This document shows positions 30,328 to 38,984 of a stretch of DNA of 44,402 nt, one piece after another. The position numbers and the translations under genes were made by a program. How positions within the stretch are numbered: position 1 is the first letter of the stretch; every line of letters starts with the position of its first letter. The DNA is from Burkholderiales bacterium (GTDB lineage Bacteria; Pseudomonadota; Gammaproteobacteria; Burkholderiales; Burkholderiaceae_C), in NCBI GenBank assembly GCA_005793295.1, contig SXSX01000150.1:1-44402 (forward strand). Direction: 5' to 3'. Under the pieces are notes generated by a model. That model saw only the letters and a list, made by a program, of their open reading frames with translations. It was not told the origin of the DNA and ran no database searches.

Positions 30328-31887
30328 TTAGAAGTCAGTGGGCACGCCGCCCTCAGACTTGCGTTTTGCCACAAAAGCGTCCAGTTCTTCTTCAATGGCT
30401 TTGTCCATGGGCGGGCGCTCGTAAGCGGCCAGTTCCTTTTGCCAAACTGAATTTGCTTTGTCGTAAGCGGTTGGTTTACCGGCTTCTTCCCAGGTCTCAA
30501 AATTGCGCCAGTCCGAGATGATGGGGGAGTAAAACGCGGTTTCAAAGCGCTCTAGGGTATGGGCCGTACCAAAATAATGTCCACCGGGTCCGACTTCGCG
30601 CACGGCATCAAGCCCTAGGCCTGCAGGGCTGACGTCCAAGGGTGTTAGGAACTCAGCCACCATTTGCAATAAATCGCAGTCGAGAATAAATTTCTCAAAA
30701 GAGGCGGTAAGCCCGCCTTCCATCCAACCGGCGGAATGCATGATGAAGTTGCCACCCGCCTGGGTCAAGGCCCAGAGCGAAAATACCGACTCATAAGCCG
30801 CTTGGGCGTCCACGGTGTTGGCCGCGTTGACATTGGAAGTGCGGTACGGCACGCCGTATTTGCGGCACAACTGCCCGCCGACCAAAACCGCTTTCATATA
30901 CTCCGGGGTTCCAAACGCGGGCGCACCCGTTTTCATGTCCACGTTGGAGGTAAATCCACCGTAAACCACCGGGGCTCCAGGTCGAATTAACTGGGTGAAA
31001 GCGATGCCCGCTAAGGCTTCGGCGTTTTGTTGCGCCAAAGCGCCCGCAATCGTTACCGGTGCCATGGCGCCTGCCAAGGTAAAAGGCGTCAGGATAATGA
31101 TTTGGTTGCGTGAGGACATTTCCATGATGCCTTGCAGCATCGGAGTATCCAAACGCAAAGGCGACGAGCTGTTAATGATCGAAAACAAAGAAGGTTCCCG
31201 GTCCATTTGCTCTTTGGTAATGCCCCGGGCAATACGCGCAATCTCTAAGCCGTCTTCATTGCGTTCTTTGCCCAAGGAGTAAGCGTGAAAAGGCTTGTCG
31301 GTGAGCTTGGCAATATCCGACAAACAATCCAAATGCCGAATCGAAGCATGCAAATCGACAGGTTCCACGGGGTAACCGCCAGAGCAATGGATCACGTCAT
31401 AGCGTTGGGCCAGCTTGACCAAGTTGCGGAAATCGCGCTGGTTACCAGCGCGGCGCCCGCCTTGCATATCGGAGGCGTTAGGGGGGCTTGCCACTTGGGC
31501 AAATGCCAGGTTTTTTCCGCCAATGTGGACATTGCGCTCTGGGTTACGCGCATGCAGTGTGAACTCGGAGGGACACGTTTTGATCGCTTCGAGAATCATA
31601 TTGCGGTCAAATCGCACGCGCTCGGAACCCGCACGCACATCGGCTCCGGCTTTCTTCAGTATTTCACGCGCACCTTCGTGCATGAAATCCATACCCATTT
31701 CTTCCAAAATGGTCAGCGAGGCGTTATGGATGGACTCCAATTCATCCTCAGAGACCATCGGAGTGGGTGTAAACCGGTGCTTGAGATTTTGGTATTTGGT
31801 GGTGGAGGGCGCGACACGAATCGTGCCGCTTCCGCGGCCTGTGCGCCTTCTTGAGGACCCGTTGGGCGTTGTTGCTTCGTCTGACAT
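30328..31887 (-). CDS. Trimethylamine methyltransferase (MttB) superfamily protein, non-pyrrolysine (MtgB-like)
   Basis: IH-ASL-ILEE-G, N-SSPLRLD, GAMAPVTIAGALAQQNAEALAG, DMKTGAPAFGTPE, DAQAAYES. No in-frame TAG. ATG 31887 has a GGAG RBS. Confidence 0.92.
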   Translation of the reverse strand: MSDEATTPNGSSRRRTGRGSGTIRVAPSTTKYQNLKHRFTPTPMVSEDELESIHNASLTILEEMGMDFMHEGAREILKKAGADVRAGSERVRFDRNMILEAIKTCPSEFTLHARNPERNVHIGGKNLAFAQVASPPNASDMQGGRRAGNQRDFRNLVKLAQRYDVIHCSGGYPVEPVDLHASIRHLDCLSDIAKLTDKPFHAYSLGKERNEDGLEIARIARGITKEQMDREPSLFSIINSSSPLRLDTPMLQGIMEMSSRNQIIILTPFTLAGAMAPVTIAGALAQQNAEALAGIAFTQLIRPGAPVVYGGFTSNVDMKTGAPAFGTPEYMKAVLVGGQLCRKYGVPYRTSNVNAANTVDAQAAYESVFSLWALTQAGGNFIMHSAGWMEGGLTASFEKFILDCDLLQMVAEFLTPLDVSPAGLGLDAVREVGPGGHYFGTAHTLERFETAFYSPIISDWRNFETWEEAGKPTAYDKANSVWQKELAAYERPPMDKAIEEELDAFVAKRKSEGGVPTDF

Positions 31888-32385
31888 TTTGGAAGTCTCC
31901 ACGTTTTACCGTTCAAAGGGGGATGCATCAAACTGGCGCCGCACATGAATAAAATCTGCGAGCTACCAGCCACTGCGATGAATTTTATGCAGTAAGCCCC
32001 AGTAAATGACTGTCAAAAGCCCAGGAAGCAATTTATAAAATTGCATAAAAAAAGCCATGAAAAAAGCCGCAAGAGGCCTCAATCGTTAGGCTTTTTGGGT
32101 ATCACCGGTGTTCCGACCCACATTTTCTCTTGAAATCTTGAAGCATGACATTTCGAGGTTTTTGTTGGTTACGCTTTTGAGCCGTAACCTGCTCAGGAAA
32201 ATGGAGTTAAGGTATTTCAGCGGGCAGGCGGTCGAGAAATTATTTATAAAATGCCACTTTTAAATAATACGCTGTCACATCCTTAATAATGAGGATAGGT
32301 AAAACCCTATAGGATCCGCTGGTCATTCGGGATTTAATACTTCAGTGTTAACCACTCACATTCCCCATTCAAGCCGAGGCTTCAT

Positions 32386-33117
32386 ATGCATCTGACAGGC
32401 AAGCAAATGGGCCTGATGTCAAAAATCATGCTGGCGTTTGCTGAATCGCACCACGAAGGTCAGATTCGCGAGATCGTGGGCGACTTGGTTATGCAGCTCT
32501 TGCAAGCGCAGTATTACGCCAGCTTTGTGTGGCATGACGAAAGTGCGTCGTTTGGTGAAGCCATTCAAATCAACATGGACCCTGCCAACATCAGCCAGTA
32601 CGAGACCTACTACCAGTTCAATGATCCCATTACTCCGCTCATGAAGCGGTATGAAGTTGCGGTCAGGTCCACCGATGTGCTCAAGCAAGAAGAGCTGATC
32701 AAGACAGAGTTCTATAACGACTTTCTTAAAAAAGATGGCCTCTGCTGGGGCGTCAACCTGTACGCCTGGCATGAGGGGCACAACCTGGGTGATATGCGCA
32801 TTTGGCGCGATAGTCGAAGAAACAACTTCTCTGAAGATGACTTACGCATGCTCGACATGATCCAGCCCGCCTTCACCAGCGCACTGTCAAGAGCCCGAGT
32901 AAGTTTAGCCCCCCGTACCGCCACAGCGGCTGGCATCATCCGGCTCAGCCCACGCGAGCAAGAAACAGCCCATTTGGTTGCCCAAGGCTTGTCTGACAAA
33001 GAGATCGCCCGCCGCCTTAACATCGCCACCACCACGGTGCGGACGCATTTAGAGAGCGCCTTCAGGAAAACTGGGGCTAGCAACCGGGCTGGGCTGGCAC
33101 ACAAACTCTTGAATTAA
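32386..33117 (+). CDS. LuxR-family regulator with N-terminal GAF/autoinducer-like sensing domain
   Basis: C-terminal LSPREQE-A-LVAQGLSDKEIARRLNIA--TVRTHL HTH. The N-terminal domain has Y-x3-Y...DP and is not a receiver domain. Confidence 0.9.
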   Translation: MHLTGKQMGLMSKIMLAFAESHHEGQIREIVGDLVMQLLQAQYYASFVWHDESASFGEAIQINMDPANISQYETYYQFNDPITPLMKRYEVAVRSTDVLKQEELIKTEFYNDFLKKDGLCWGVNLYAWHEGHNLGDMRIWRDSRRNNFSEDDLRMLDMIQPAFTSALSRARVSLAPRTATAAGIIRLSPREQETAHLVAQGLSDKEIARRLNIATTTVRTHLESAFRKTGASNRAGLAHKLLN

Positions 33118-33127
33118 GGACCTCTTT

Positions 33128-33175
33128 GTATCCTCGCTTTGAGGGATACCGCCGAATGACTTGATTTCCTACGAT
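33128..33175 (+). promoter_or_regulatory. Candidate LuxR-activated promoter of the amidase
   Basis: Palindrome GTATCC-N10-GGATAC (33128-33149) followed by a TACGAT -10-like hexamer (33170-33175). Confidence 0.5.
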
Positions 33176-33228
33176 GAGTCCACGCACAAAGCCTTGTGTG
33201 TGAATTCAAAAAATTATGGAGAAAAGTC

Positions 33229-34866
33229 ATGAAGCATTCACCCTCACGTCGGCATTTTTTCAAGAACACGGGTGCCGTTTCTGCGGCAGCAGTACTTGGC
33301 AGCACCGCAAGCTTGAGCGCTTGGGGCGCTAGCAGCAACGCAGCCCTCCTCAGTAGCGCGAAACAAGTCAACCTCACTGCCACACAAGCACTTGCCGCAA
33401 TGACAGCTGGCACCCTGACTGCTACAGCCTATGTCACCACATTGATTGCCCGAGCCAAGAGCGTGTCGGACCTCAATGGGATGATTTTCATCAATGAGAC
33501 GGGTGCACTGGCTGCAGCCAAACAAGTGGACGCCGACCGAGCTGCAGGTAAAAAACTGGGCGCATTGGCTGGCTTGCCATTTGTGATCAAAGATAACATT
33601 AATACCAAGGGCATGCACACCACGGGCGGCACATCTTCGCTGCGCGACTTCCAGCCCACAAAAAATGCTCCTTCGGTGCAAAAGCTGCTCGATGCAGGCG
33701 CCATCATTTTGGGCAAATCTAACCTGCACGAGTGGGCTTTTGGTATCACCTCGACTAATTTCACGCTGGGCATTGACCCCATCTCCAAAGCAGCCAACCG
33801 TGCCGGCAAAAACCCCTATGACACCAGCCGTATTCCTGGCGGTTCCTCTGGCGGTACAGCCATAGCAGTTGCTACACGCTTTGCGCCAGTAGGGCTGGGC
33901 ACCGACACCGGTGGTTCGACACGCGTACCCGCTTCGTTCTGCGGAATTGCAGGCTTTCGCCCATCAGTGGGCGATGGGGCTGGCAAAGGTCGCCGCTACG
34001 CCGACGGCGTCAATGACGCGCTGCCCATTAGCACCACGCGCGACACTGTGGGCCCCATGGGCCGCACTGTTGCCGACATTGCTTTGCTAGATGCAGTCAT
34101 CACTGGCGGAGCAGTACCCACTGCCAAAGCCCTTAAAGGTCTGAGGATTGGTCTTCCCGCCGCATTCTGGACGGGGCTGGATGACAGCGTGAAGTTTGTA
34201 GCCGAAGCCGCCAAGAAAAAGCTGGCAGATGCGGGTGTGGTGTTTGTGGATGGTGATTTAACCGGCATCATGGAGCTCAACGGCTCAATATCTTTCCCGA
34301 TTGCATTGCACGAACCCGTCGCAGCAATTCCTGCCTACTTGAGTGCCAACAATGCTCCAGTTAAGACTGTTGCAGCAGTCATTGCCGGTTTGGCCAGCCC
34401 TGACGTGCAAGGTGCTTTTGGTGCGATTGCGGGCGATGTATTTGGTCCCGCCCCCGGTGGTAATGGCGCATATGCGGCTGCCATGGTCCCTGGTACAGGT
34501 GGGCGCGCAATGCTACAAAAACTCTACAAAGACTATTTTGCTGCGCAAGGCGTGGAGTGCGTGTTGTTCCCAACGACTCTTTTGGCAGCGCCAAAGATCG
34601 ATGCGGCCAAAGGTTCCGACAAACTCAGCTACACCGTCGGTGGTGTTGAGCAAAAGGCCAAAGACACTTTTGGCACCTGCATTCGTAATACAGACCCCTG
34701 CACCAACGCTGGCATTCCGAGCCTGTCGATCCCTGCGGGATTAACAGCCGGTGGCTTGCCCGTAGGCATGGAGATTGACGGCCCATTGGGCTCAGACACC
34801 AATCTGCTGGCCATCGGCATGGGCATTGAAGCGGTCTGGGGCGCATTGGCTGCACCCAAAGTTTGA
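33229..34866 (+). CDS. Amidase-signature family enzyme (indoleacetamide/mandelamide hydrolase-like) with Tat signal
   Basis: SRRHFFK Tat motif; IKDN, GGSSGG and GTDTGGS catalytic triad motifs; HEWAFGITS and IRNTDP IaaH-like motifs. ATG 33229 has a GGAG RBS. Confidence 0.88.
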   Translation: MKHSPSRRHFFKNTGAVSAAAVLGSTASLSAWGASSNAALLSSAKQVNLTATQALAAMTAGTLTATAYVTTLIARAKSVSDLNGMIFINETGALAAAKQVDADRAAGKKLGALAGLPFVIKDNINTKGMHTTGGTSSLRDFQPTKNAPSVQKLLDAGAIILGKSNLHEWAFGITSTNFTLGIDPISKAANRAGKNPYDTSRIPGGSSGGTAIAVATRFAPVGLGTDTGGSTRVPASFCGIAGFRPSVGDGAGKGRRYADGVNDALPISTTRDTVGPMGRTVADIALLDAVITGGAVPTAKALKGLRIGLPAAFWTGLDDSVKFVAEAAKKKLADAGVVFVDGDLTGIMELNGSISFPIALHEPVAAIPAYLSANNAPVKTVAAVIAGLASPDVQGAFGAIAGDVFGPAPGGNGAYAAAMVPGTGGRAMLQKLYKDYFAAQGVECVLFPTTLLAAPKIDAAKGSDKLSYTVGGVEQKAKDTFGTCIRNTDPCTNAGIPSLSIPAGLTAGGLPVGMEIDGPLGSDTNLLAIGMGIEAVWGALAAPKV

Positions 34867-34903
34867 GTTAAACCGGCCTTGTGCCGGTGTTGTGTCAGAT
34901 GTG

Positions 34904-34947
34904 AAAGCCAAGGGGTGTATCAAACCCTCTTGGCTTTTGTCTTTTTT
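34904..34947 (+). terminator. Rho-independent terminator after the amidase
   Basis: AAAGCCAAGGGG...CCCTCTTGGCTTT followed by TGTCTTTTTT. Confidence 0.7.
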
Positions 34948-35026
34948 GTCCATCCTTCACTTCGTACTTTTCTCGTTGATTTCCTTTAGACCGCAATCCA
35001 TGCGCAATGGCGACTAAACTTCGCTT

Positions 35027-36007
35027 ATGGTGAAAAATTCTGCCTCAAAAGCGATTGAAGTACGGCTGGAGCGATTTCGGCAAAAGAGCCGTCTCCAAGC
35101 AGGCTCATTGATTACAACCGTCTTTGGTGATTCGATCTTGCCCCGAGGAGGGCGAGTCTCGTTGGGCAGCATGATCAAGTTATTGCAGCCTCTTGGCGTT
35201 AATGAGCGTCTAGTGCGAACAGCGGTTTATCGTTTGGTCAAGGAGGAATGGCTTCTGTCTGAGGCATTTGGGCGCAAGACGGATTACATGCTGACTTCTT
35301 CAGGGCGTAGCCGGTTTGAGGAGGCCTCCAAGCAAATTTATGCAGCCGACATTCCTGGTTGGGACCGGCGATGGAGATTAATCCTGATTGTGGCTGAACT
35401 AGATATCCGAGTGAGAGAGCAGTTGCGAAGGGCTCTCTTTTGGCACGGTTTTGGCGAAACTACAACTGGCGGCTTTGTGCACCCTACCGCCGATCTTGAA
35501 AAAGTTATGGAAAACCTCGGGTCTGAGGGGCTTCAAGCAGTGCTTGCAAATTTAATGCCGATGGTTGCAGTTAACTCGCGTGCCGCGGACTGTGCATCCG
35601 ATGTTGACATGGTGCAAAAAGCCTGGAATCTGGAAGAACTGGCATCTTCCTACGAGGGTTTTCTGCAGAAGTACCAAGCCATCCGAGATGCGCTGGATGT
35701 TTGCGGTTCGGTGGGTATGTCGGAAGAAAGTGCCTTTCTTATTCGCACGCTGCTGATCCATGATGTTCGCAGGCTATTGCTGCGCGACCCGCTGCTGCCT
35801 GAAAGTTTGTTGCCGGTTAACTGGCCCGGCATACGTGCGCGCCCGCTGTATCGCGATTTGTACCGCAAGCTGCTTCCACTTTCGGAGCTGCACCTCGATG
35901 CCAATGTTCGACTATCCAGTGGTTTCCAGCCAATGGGGTCGCAGGTAGTGGTCAGCCGCTTTAAATACGGAATGGATTTGGATGTCGGAGCCCTGAGCGC
36001 CGCTTGA
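35027..36007 (+). CDS. paaX: Phenylacetyl-CoA-responsive repressor PaaX
   Basis: SLITTVFGD--LPRGG, NERLVRTAV-RL, RRLLLRDPLLP--LLP--WPG; upstream of paa genes. Confidence 0.92.
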   Translation: MVKNSASKAIEVRLERFRQKSRLQAGSLITTVFGDSILPRGGRVSLGSMIKLLQPLGVNERLVRTAVYRLVKEEWLLSEAFGRKTDYMLTSSGRSRFEEASKQIYAADIPGWDRRWRLILIVAELDIRVREQLRRALFWHGFGETTTGGFVHPTADLEKVMENLGSEGLQAVLANLMPMVAVNSRAADCASDVDMVQKAWNLEELASSYEGFLQKYQAIRDALDVCGSVGMSEESAFLIRTLLIHDVRRLLLRDPLLPESLLPVNWPGIRARPLYRDLYRKLLPLSELHLDANVRLSSGFQPMGSQVVVSRFKYGMDLDVGALSAA

Positions 36008-36017
36008 TTGGGACAAT

Positions 36018-36797
36018 ATGAAGGACGAACTTAAGAGCAGCCATGGTGTTCAATCCCTAGAGATTGGGGTGGGGGTCTTGAAAGTTCTGTTGGAATCCGG
36101 CACTGCCTTGATGCTCAAGGAAATTGCTGCAGCTGCAAATATGCCTGCCTCCAAGGCTCACCGCTATTTGGTGAGCTTGGTGCGATCGGGTCTTGTGCAA
36201 CAAGACAATGCAAACTCGAAATATGATCTTGGACCTTTGGCCATTCCCTTGGGTCTTGCTGCGGTCGATCGATTAGATCGTGTGAAGCTCGGACTCAATA
36301 GTATTTCCGGTCTTCGAGACCTGACTAATGAAACCACGGCCTTGTCCGTTTGGGGCGAATTTGGCCCAGTGATTGTGCGATGGGAAAGGCCGCATCGTCC
36401 CATTACTGTGAATGTCGTTACCGGCAATACGGTCAGCCTTTTGGCCACATCCACCGGTCGTTTGTTTGCTGCCTGGATGCCTGCCGACACTATTCGTCCG
36501 CTTTTGGAGCGCGAGTTGAGGATGGGCCGATCTGCTGAATTTAAGACTCTTGAGCAGGTGGAGTGCGTTTTGCAGGATGTACGTTCAAAAGGGTATTCCT
36601 TTGTTCGAGACAGCGACTATTCCAGTCGAGTGCTGGGCCTTGCCGCTCCAGTGTTCAACTTTAAGAACAACATCACCATGGCTGTTTCAATTGTTGGTGT
36701 GGAGGGCTTATCCGACTTGGGGCCAGATAGCTTGGCCTTGGCTGAACTCAAACGCATATCCATCGCCTTGTCTAAGCGGCTGGGATCCACGCGGTAA
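36018..36797 (+). CDS. IclR-family transcriptional regulator
   Basis: VQSLE-G, HTH (LKEIAAAANMPASKAHRYL), TSTGRLF, GLAAPVF. Confidence 0.92.
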   Translation: MKDELKSSHGVQSLEIGVGVLKVLLESGTALMLKEIAAAANMPASKAHRYLVSLVRSGLVQQDNANSKYDLGPLAIPLGLAAVDRLDRVKLGLNSISGLRDLTNETTALSVWGEFGPVIVRWERPHRPITVNVVTGNTVSLLATSTGRLFAAWMPADTIRPLLERELRMGRSAEFKTLEQVECVLQDVRSKGYSFVRDSDYSSRVLGLAAPVFNFKNNITMAVSIVGVEGLSDLGPDSLALAELKRISIALSKRLGSTR

Positions 36798-36977
36798 GTG
36801 ATTCAAAAAAATTGCTCATTGCAATAAATGTGTGTCTTTTAAGAGCTTGCGTAATCGCATTTGCTTTTATTCGTCAGTTAGCCATCATTTCCCTTTGAAA
36901 TTAAATATCTAAAGCATCTGGCAAGTTGCTCCATTAATAAAAAAACTATATTTTGAACTAAGTGTAAACCCTAACAC

Positions 36978-37013
36978 GATACAAAAATATAAAGAAAAAA
37001 TGATTTTTGTATC
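36978..37013. promoter_or_regulatory. Candidate PaaX operator
   Basis: Perfect 11-bp inverted repeat GATACAAAAAT-N14-ATTTTTGTATC (GATACA-N24-TGTATC) upstream of the paa transport/catabolic operon. Confidence 0.65.
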
Positions 37014-37171
37014 TTTTTAGTTTGAAGTAATCGATTCTGAATGGTAGAATTTTCCCTAGTTAATGACTCACAACCTAGGCGTAAAGCATTAAAGGTGTAA
37101 CAAGAGGAGGCTTCTGTGAAGCATGGCCAAAAGACAATTGAAAAGTGCAGGGCGCACCAAGTGGGAGCTTG

Positions 37172-38047
37172 ATGTTGGCTGAGTTTCTGCAATTTTTGTT
37201 CTCGGGAATCACTGTTGGCTCCATCTATGCCATGGCTGCCTTGGGCTTCACGCTCATCTACAACTCCAGCCATGTGATCAACTTTGCGCAGGGCGAATTC
37301 ATCATGCTGGGAGGCATGCTCGCGGTCTATTTCACTCATTCAGGCGTGCCCTTACCCATATCGCTAATCTTGGCTATTGCGCTGCCAGCAATCGTTGGAC
37401 TGGTGATGGAAAAAGTGGCTATCGAACCCGTCAAGGGTGCTGAACCGGTCACGCTGATCATCATCACCATAGGCGCTTCCTTGGTGTTGCGGGGCCTGAT
37501 GCAAATCTGGTTAGGTAAGGGGACCTTCAGTCTGCCGGCTTTTTCTGGTGAGCAACCTATCAATATTTTGGGTGCCACCCTGATGCCGCAAAGCTTATGG
37601 GTGCTTGGGGTAACTGCCTTGGTGGTTTGTTGTTTGTGGTATTTCTTTACCCGAACGCTGCATGGCAAAGCCATGTTGGCGACTTCATACAACCGGGTGG
37701 CTGCTGAGCTTGTGGGCATCAACACCGATGGCGTGCTGCTTTTGAGCTTTGCCATGTCGGCGGCGTTGGGTGCTTTGGGCGGAATTTTGGTCGCGCCCAT
37801 TACGCTCACATCCTACGACGTTGGAATTTTGCTGGGTCTCAAGGGTTTTGTGGGTGCGGTACTTGGCGGCTTAGGTAATGGTCTTGGAGCGGTGGTTGGT
37901 GGCCTGTTGGTGGGGGTGCTGGAGGCCATGGGCGCTGGCTACATCTCTTCGTCTTACAAGGATGCAATGCCCTTTGTTTTGATCCTCTTGATTTTATTCT
38001 TCCGCCCTAGCGGCCTCTTTGGTGGCAAAGCCACAGACCGAGTCTAG
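37172..38047 (+). CDS. Liv-type ABC permease (LivH-like), probably for phenylacetate or another aromatic acid
   Basis: G-TVGSIYA--ALGF-LIYN----INFAQGEF motif. ATG 37172 has a GGAG RBS. Confidence 0.9.
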   Translation: MLAEFLQFLFSGITVGSIYAMAALGFTLIYNSSHVINFAQGEFIMLGGMLAVYFTHSGVPLPISLILAIALPAIVGLVMEKVAIEPVKGAEPVTLIIITIGASLVLRGLMQIWLGKGTFSLPAFSGEQPINILGATLMPQSLWVLGVTALVVCCLWYFFTRTLHGKAMLATSYNRVAAELVGINTDGVLLLSFAMSAALGALGGILVAPITLTSYDVGILLGLKGFVGAVLGGLGNGLGAVVGGLLVGVLEAMGAGYISSSYKDAMPFVLILLILFFRPSGLFGGKATDRV

Positions 38048-38982
38048 TGATGAACAAAAATCAATACTATGGTTTGTACCTTATCGGTGCTGTACTGCTG
38101 GTCCTACCGTTGTTACTACCAAATAGTTTTTATTTGGATTTGGCAATTCGCATGGCCATCAACGCTGTCATTGTTCTGGGATTGAATCTACTGATCGGCT
38201 TTGCTGGGCAGATTAGTTTGGGCCACGCCGGCTTCATTGGTATAGGTGCCTACGCATCTGCGGCGCTGCCCGCGCAGCTTGGCTTGCATCCGATGCTGGC
38301 GCTGATAACGGGGGCCGTTGCAGCCGGCGCACTGGCTGCAGTTCTTGCTCGCCCAATTTTCCGCCTCAAAGGCCAATACTTGGCTATGGCTACTTTGGGT
38401 CTAGGCATCATCATCAACGTCGTGGTCCGCAATGAAGCCGCCTGGACCGGCGGGCCTGATGGTATGCCCGTACCTCCCATTTCTTTTGGCGGCTTTGAAA
38501 TTACAGGTGACAAGCACTGGTATGCCATTGTGGCCAGCCTGCTGTGTGTCAGTATTTGGGCCTCTATCAATTTAATTGATTCGCCGTTTGGTCGGGCTCT
38601 GCGTGCGCTTCACGGCTCCGAAGTGGCGTCCAAAGTGGTGGGTGTGAATGTGGAGCGCTTCAAAATTACGGTGTTTGTCATGTCGGCGATGTTTGCCAGC
38701 ATCATGGGCAGCATCACCGCTTTGTACATTGGATTTGTTACACCCAACATCGCCGACTTTTTCCATTCAATCGAGTTGGTCACGATGGTGGTGATCGGAG
38801 GGATGGGCTCTATCTATGGTTCCGTGCTTGGTGCCGTTTTGCTTACCGCTCTTCCGCAGGCTTTGGCAACTTTCGAAGGCTGGGAAACGGTAGTCTTCGG
38901 CGGAATTTTGATGCTCTCCATGATCTTCATGCCCAAGGGTCTGGTTCCTACACTTGCCGCGCGTTTTGGTAAGAGAGACTGA
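38047..38982 (+). CDS. Liv-type ABC permease (LivM-like)
   Basis: GLNLLIGFAGQISLGHA and RLKGQYLAMATL. Start is GTG 38047 or ATG 38050. Confidence 0.9.
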   Translation: MMNKNQYYGLYLIGAVLLVLPLLLPNSFYLDLAIRMAINAVIVLGLNLLIGFAGQISLGHAGFIGIGAYASAALPAQLGLHPMLALITGAVAAGALAAVLARPIFRLKGQYLAMATLGLGIIINVVVRNEAAWTGGPDGMPVPPISFGGFEITGDKHWYAIVASLLCVSIWASINLIDSPFGRALRALHGSEVASKVVGVNVERFKITVFVMSAMFASIMGSITALYIGFVTPNIADFFHSIELVTMVVIGGMGSIYGSVLGAVLLTALPQALATFEGWETVVFGGILMLSMIFMPKGLVPTLAARFGKRD

Positions 38983-38984
38983 CT

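Noticed and set aside
30328-31887. Pyrrolysine read-through in mttB, and a Tat signal from SSRRR
   Set aside because: The ORF has no in-frame TAG, and the Arg-rich N-terminus is not followed by a hydrophobic stretch.
31903-32385. Cobalamin, SAM, glycine or THF riboswitch in the long mttB/luxR intergenic region
   Set aside because: I could not recognise conserved riboswitch cores by eye; an Infernal/Rfam scan would be needed to exclude one formally.
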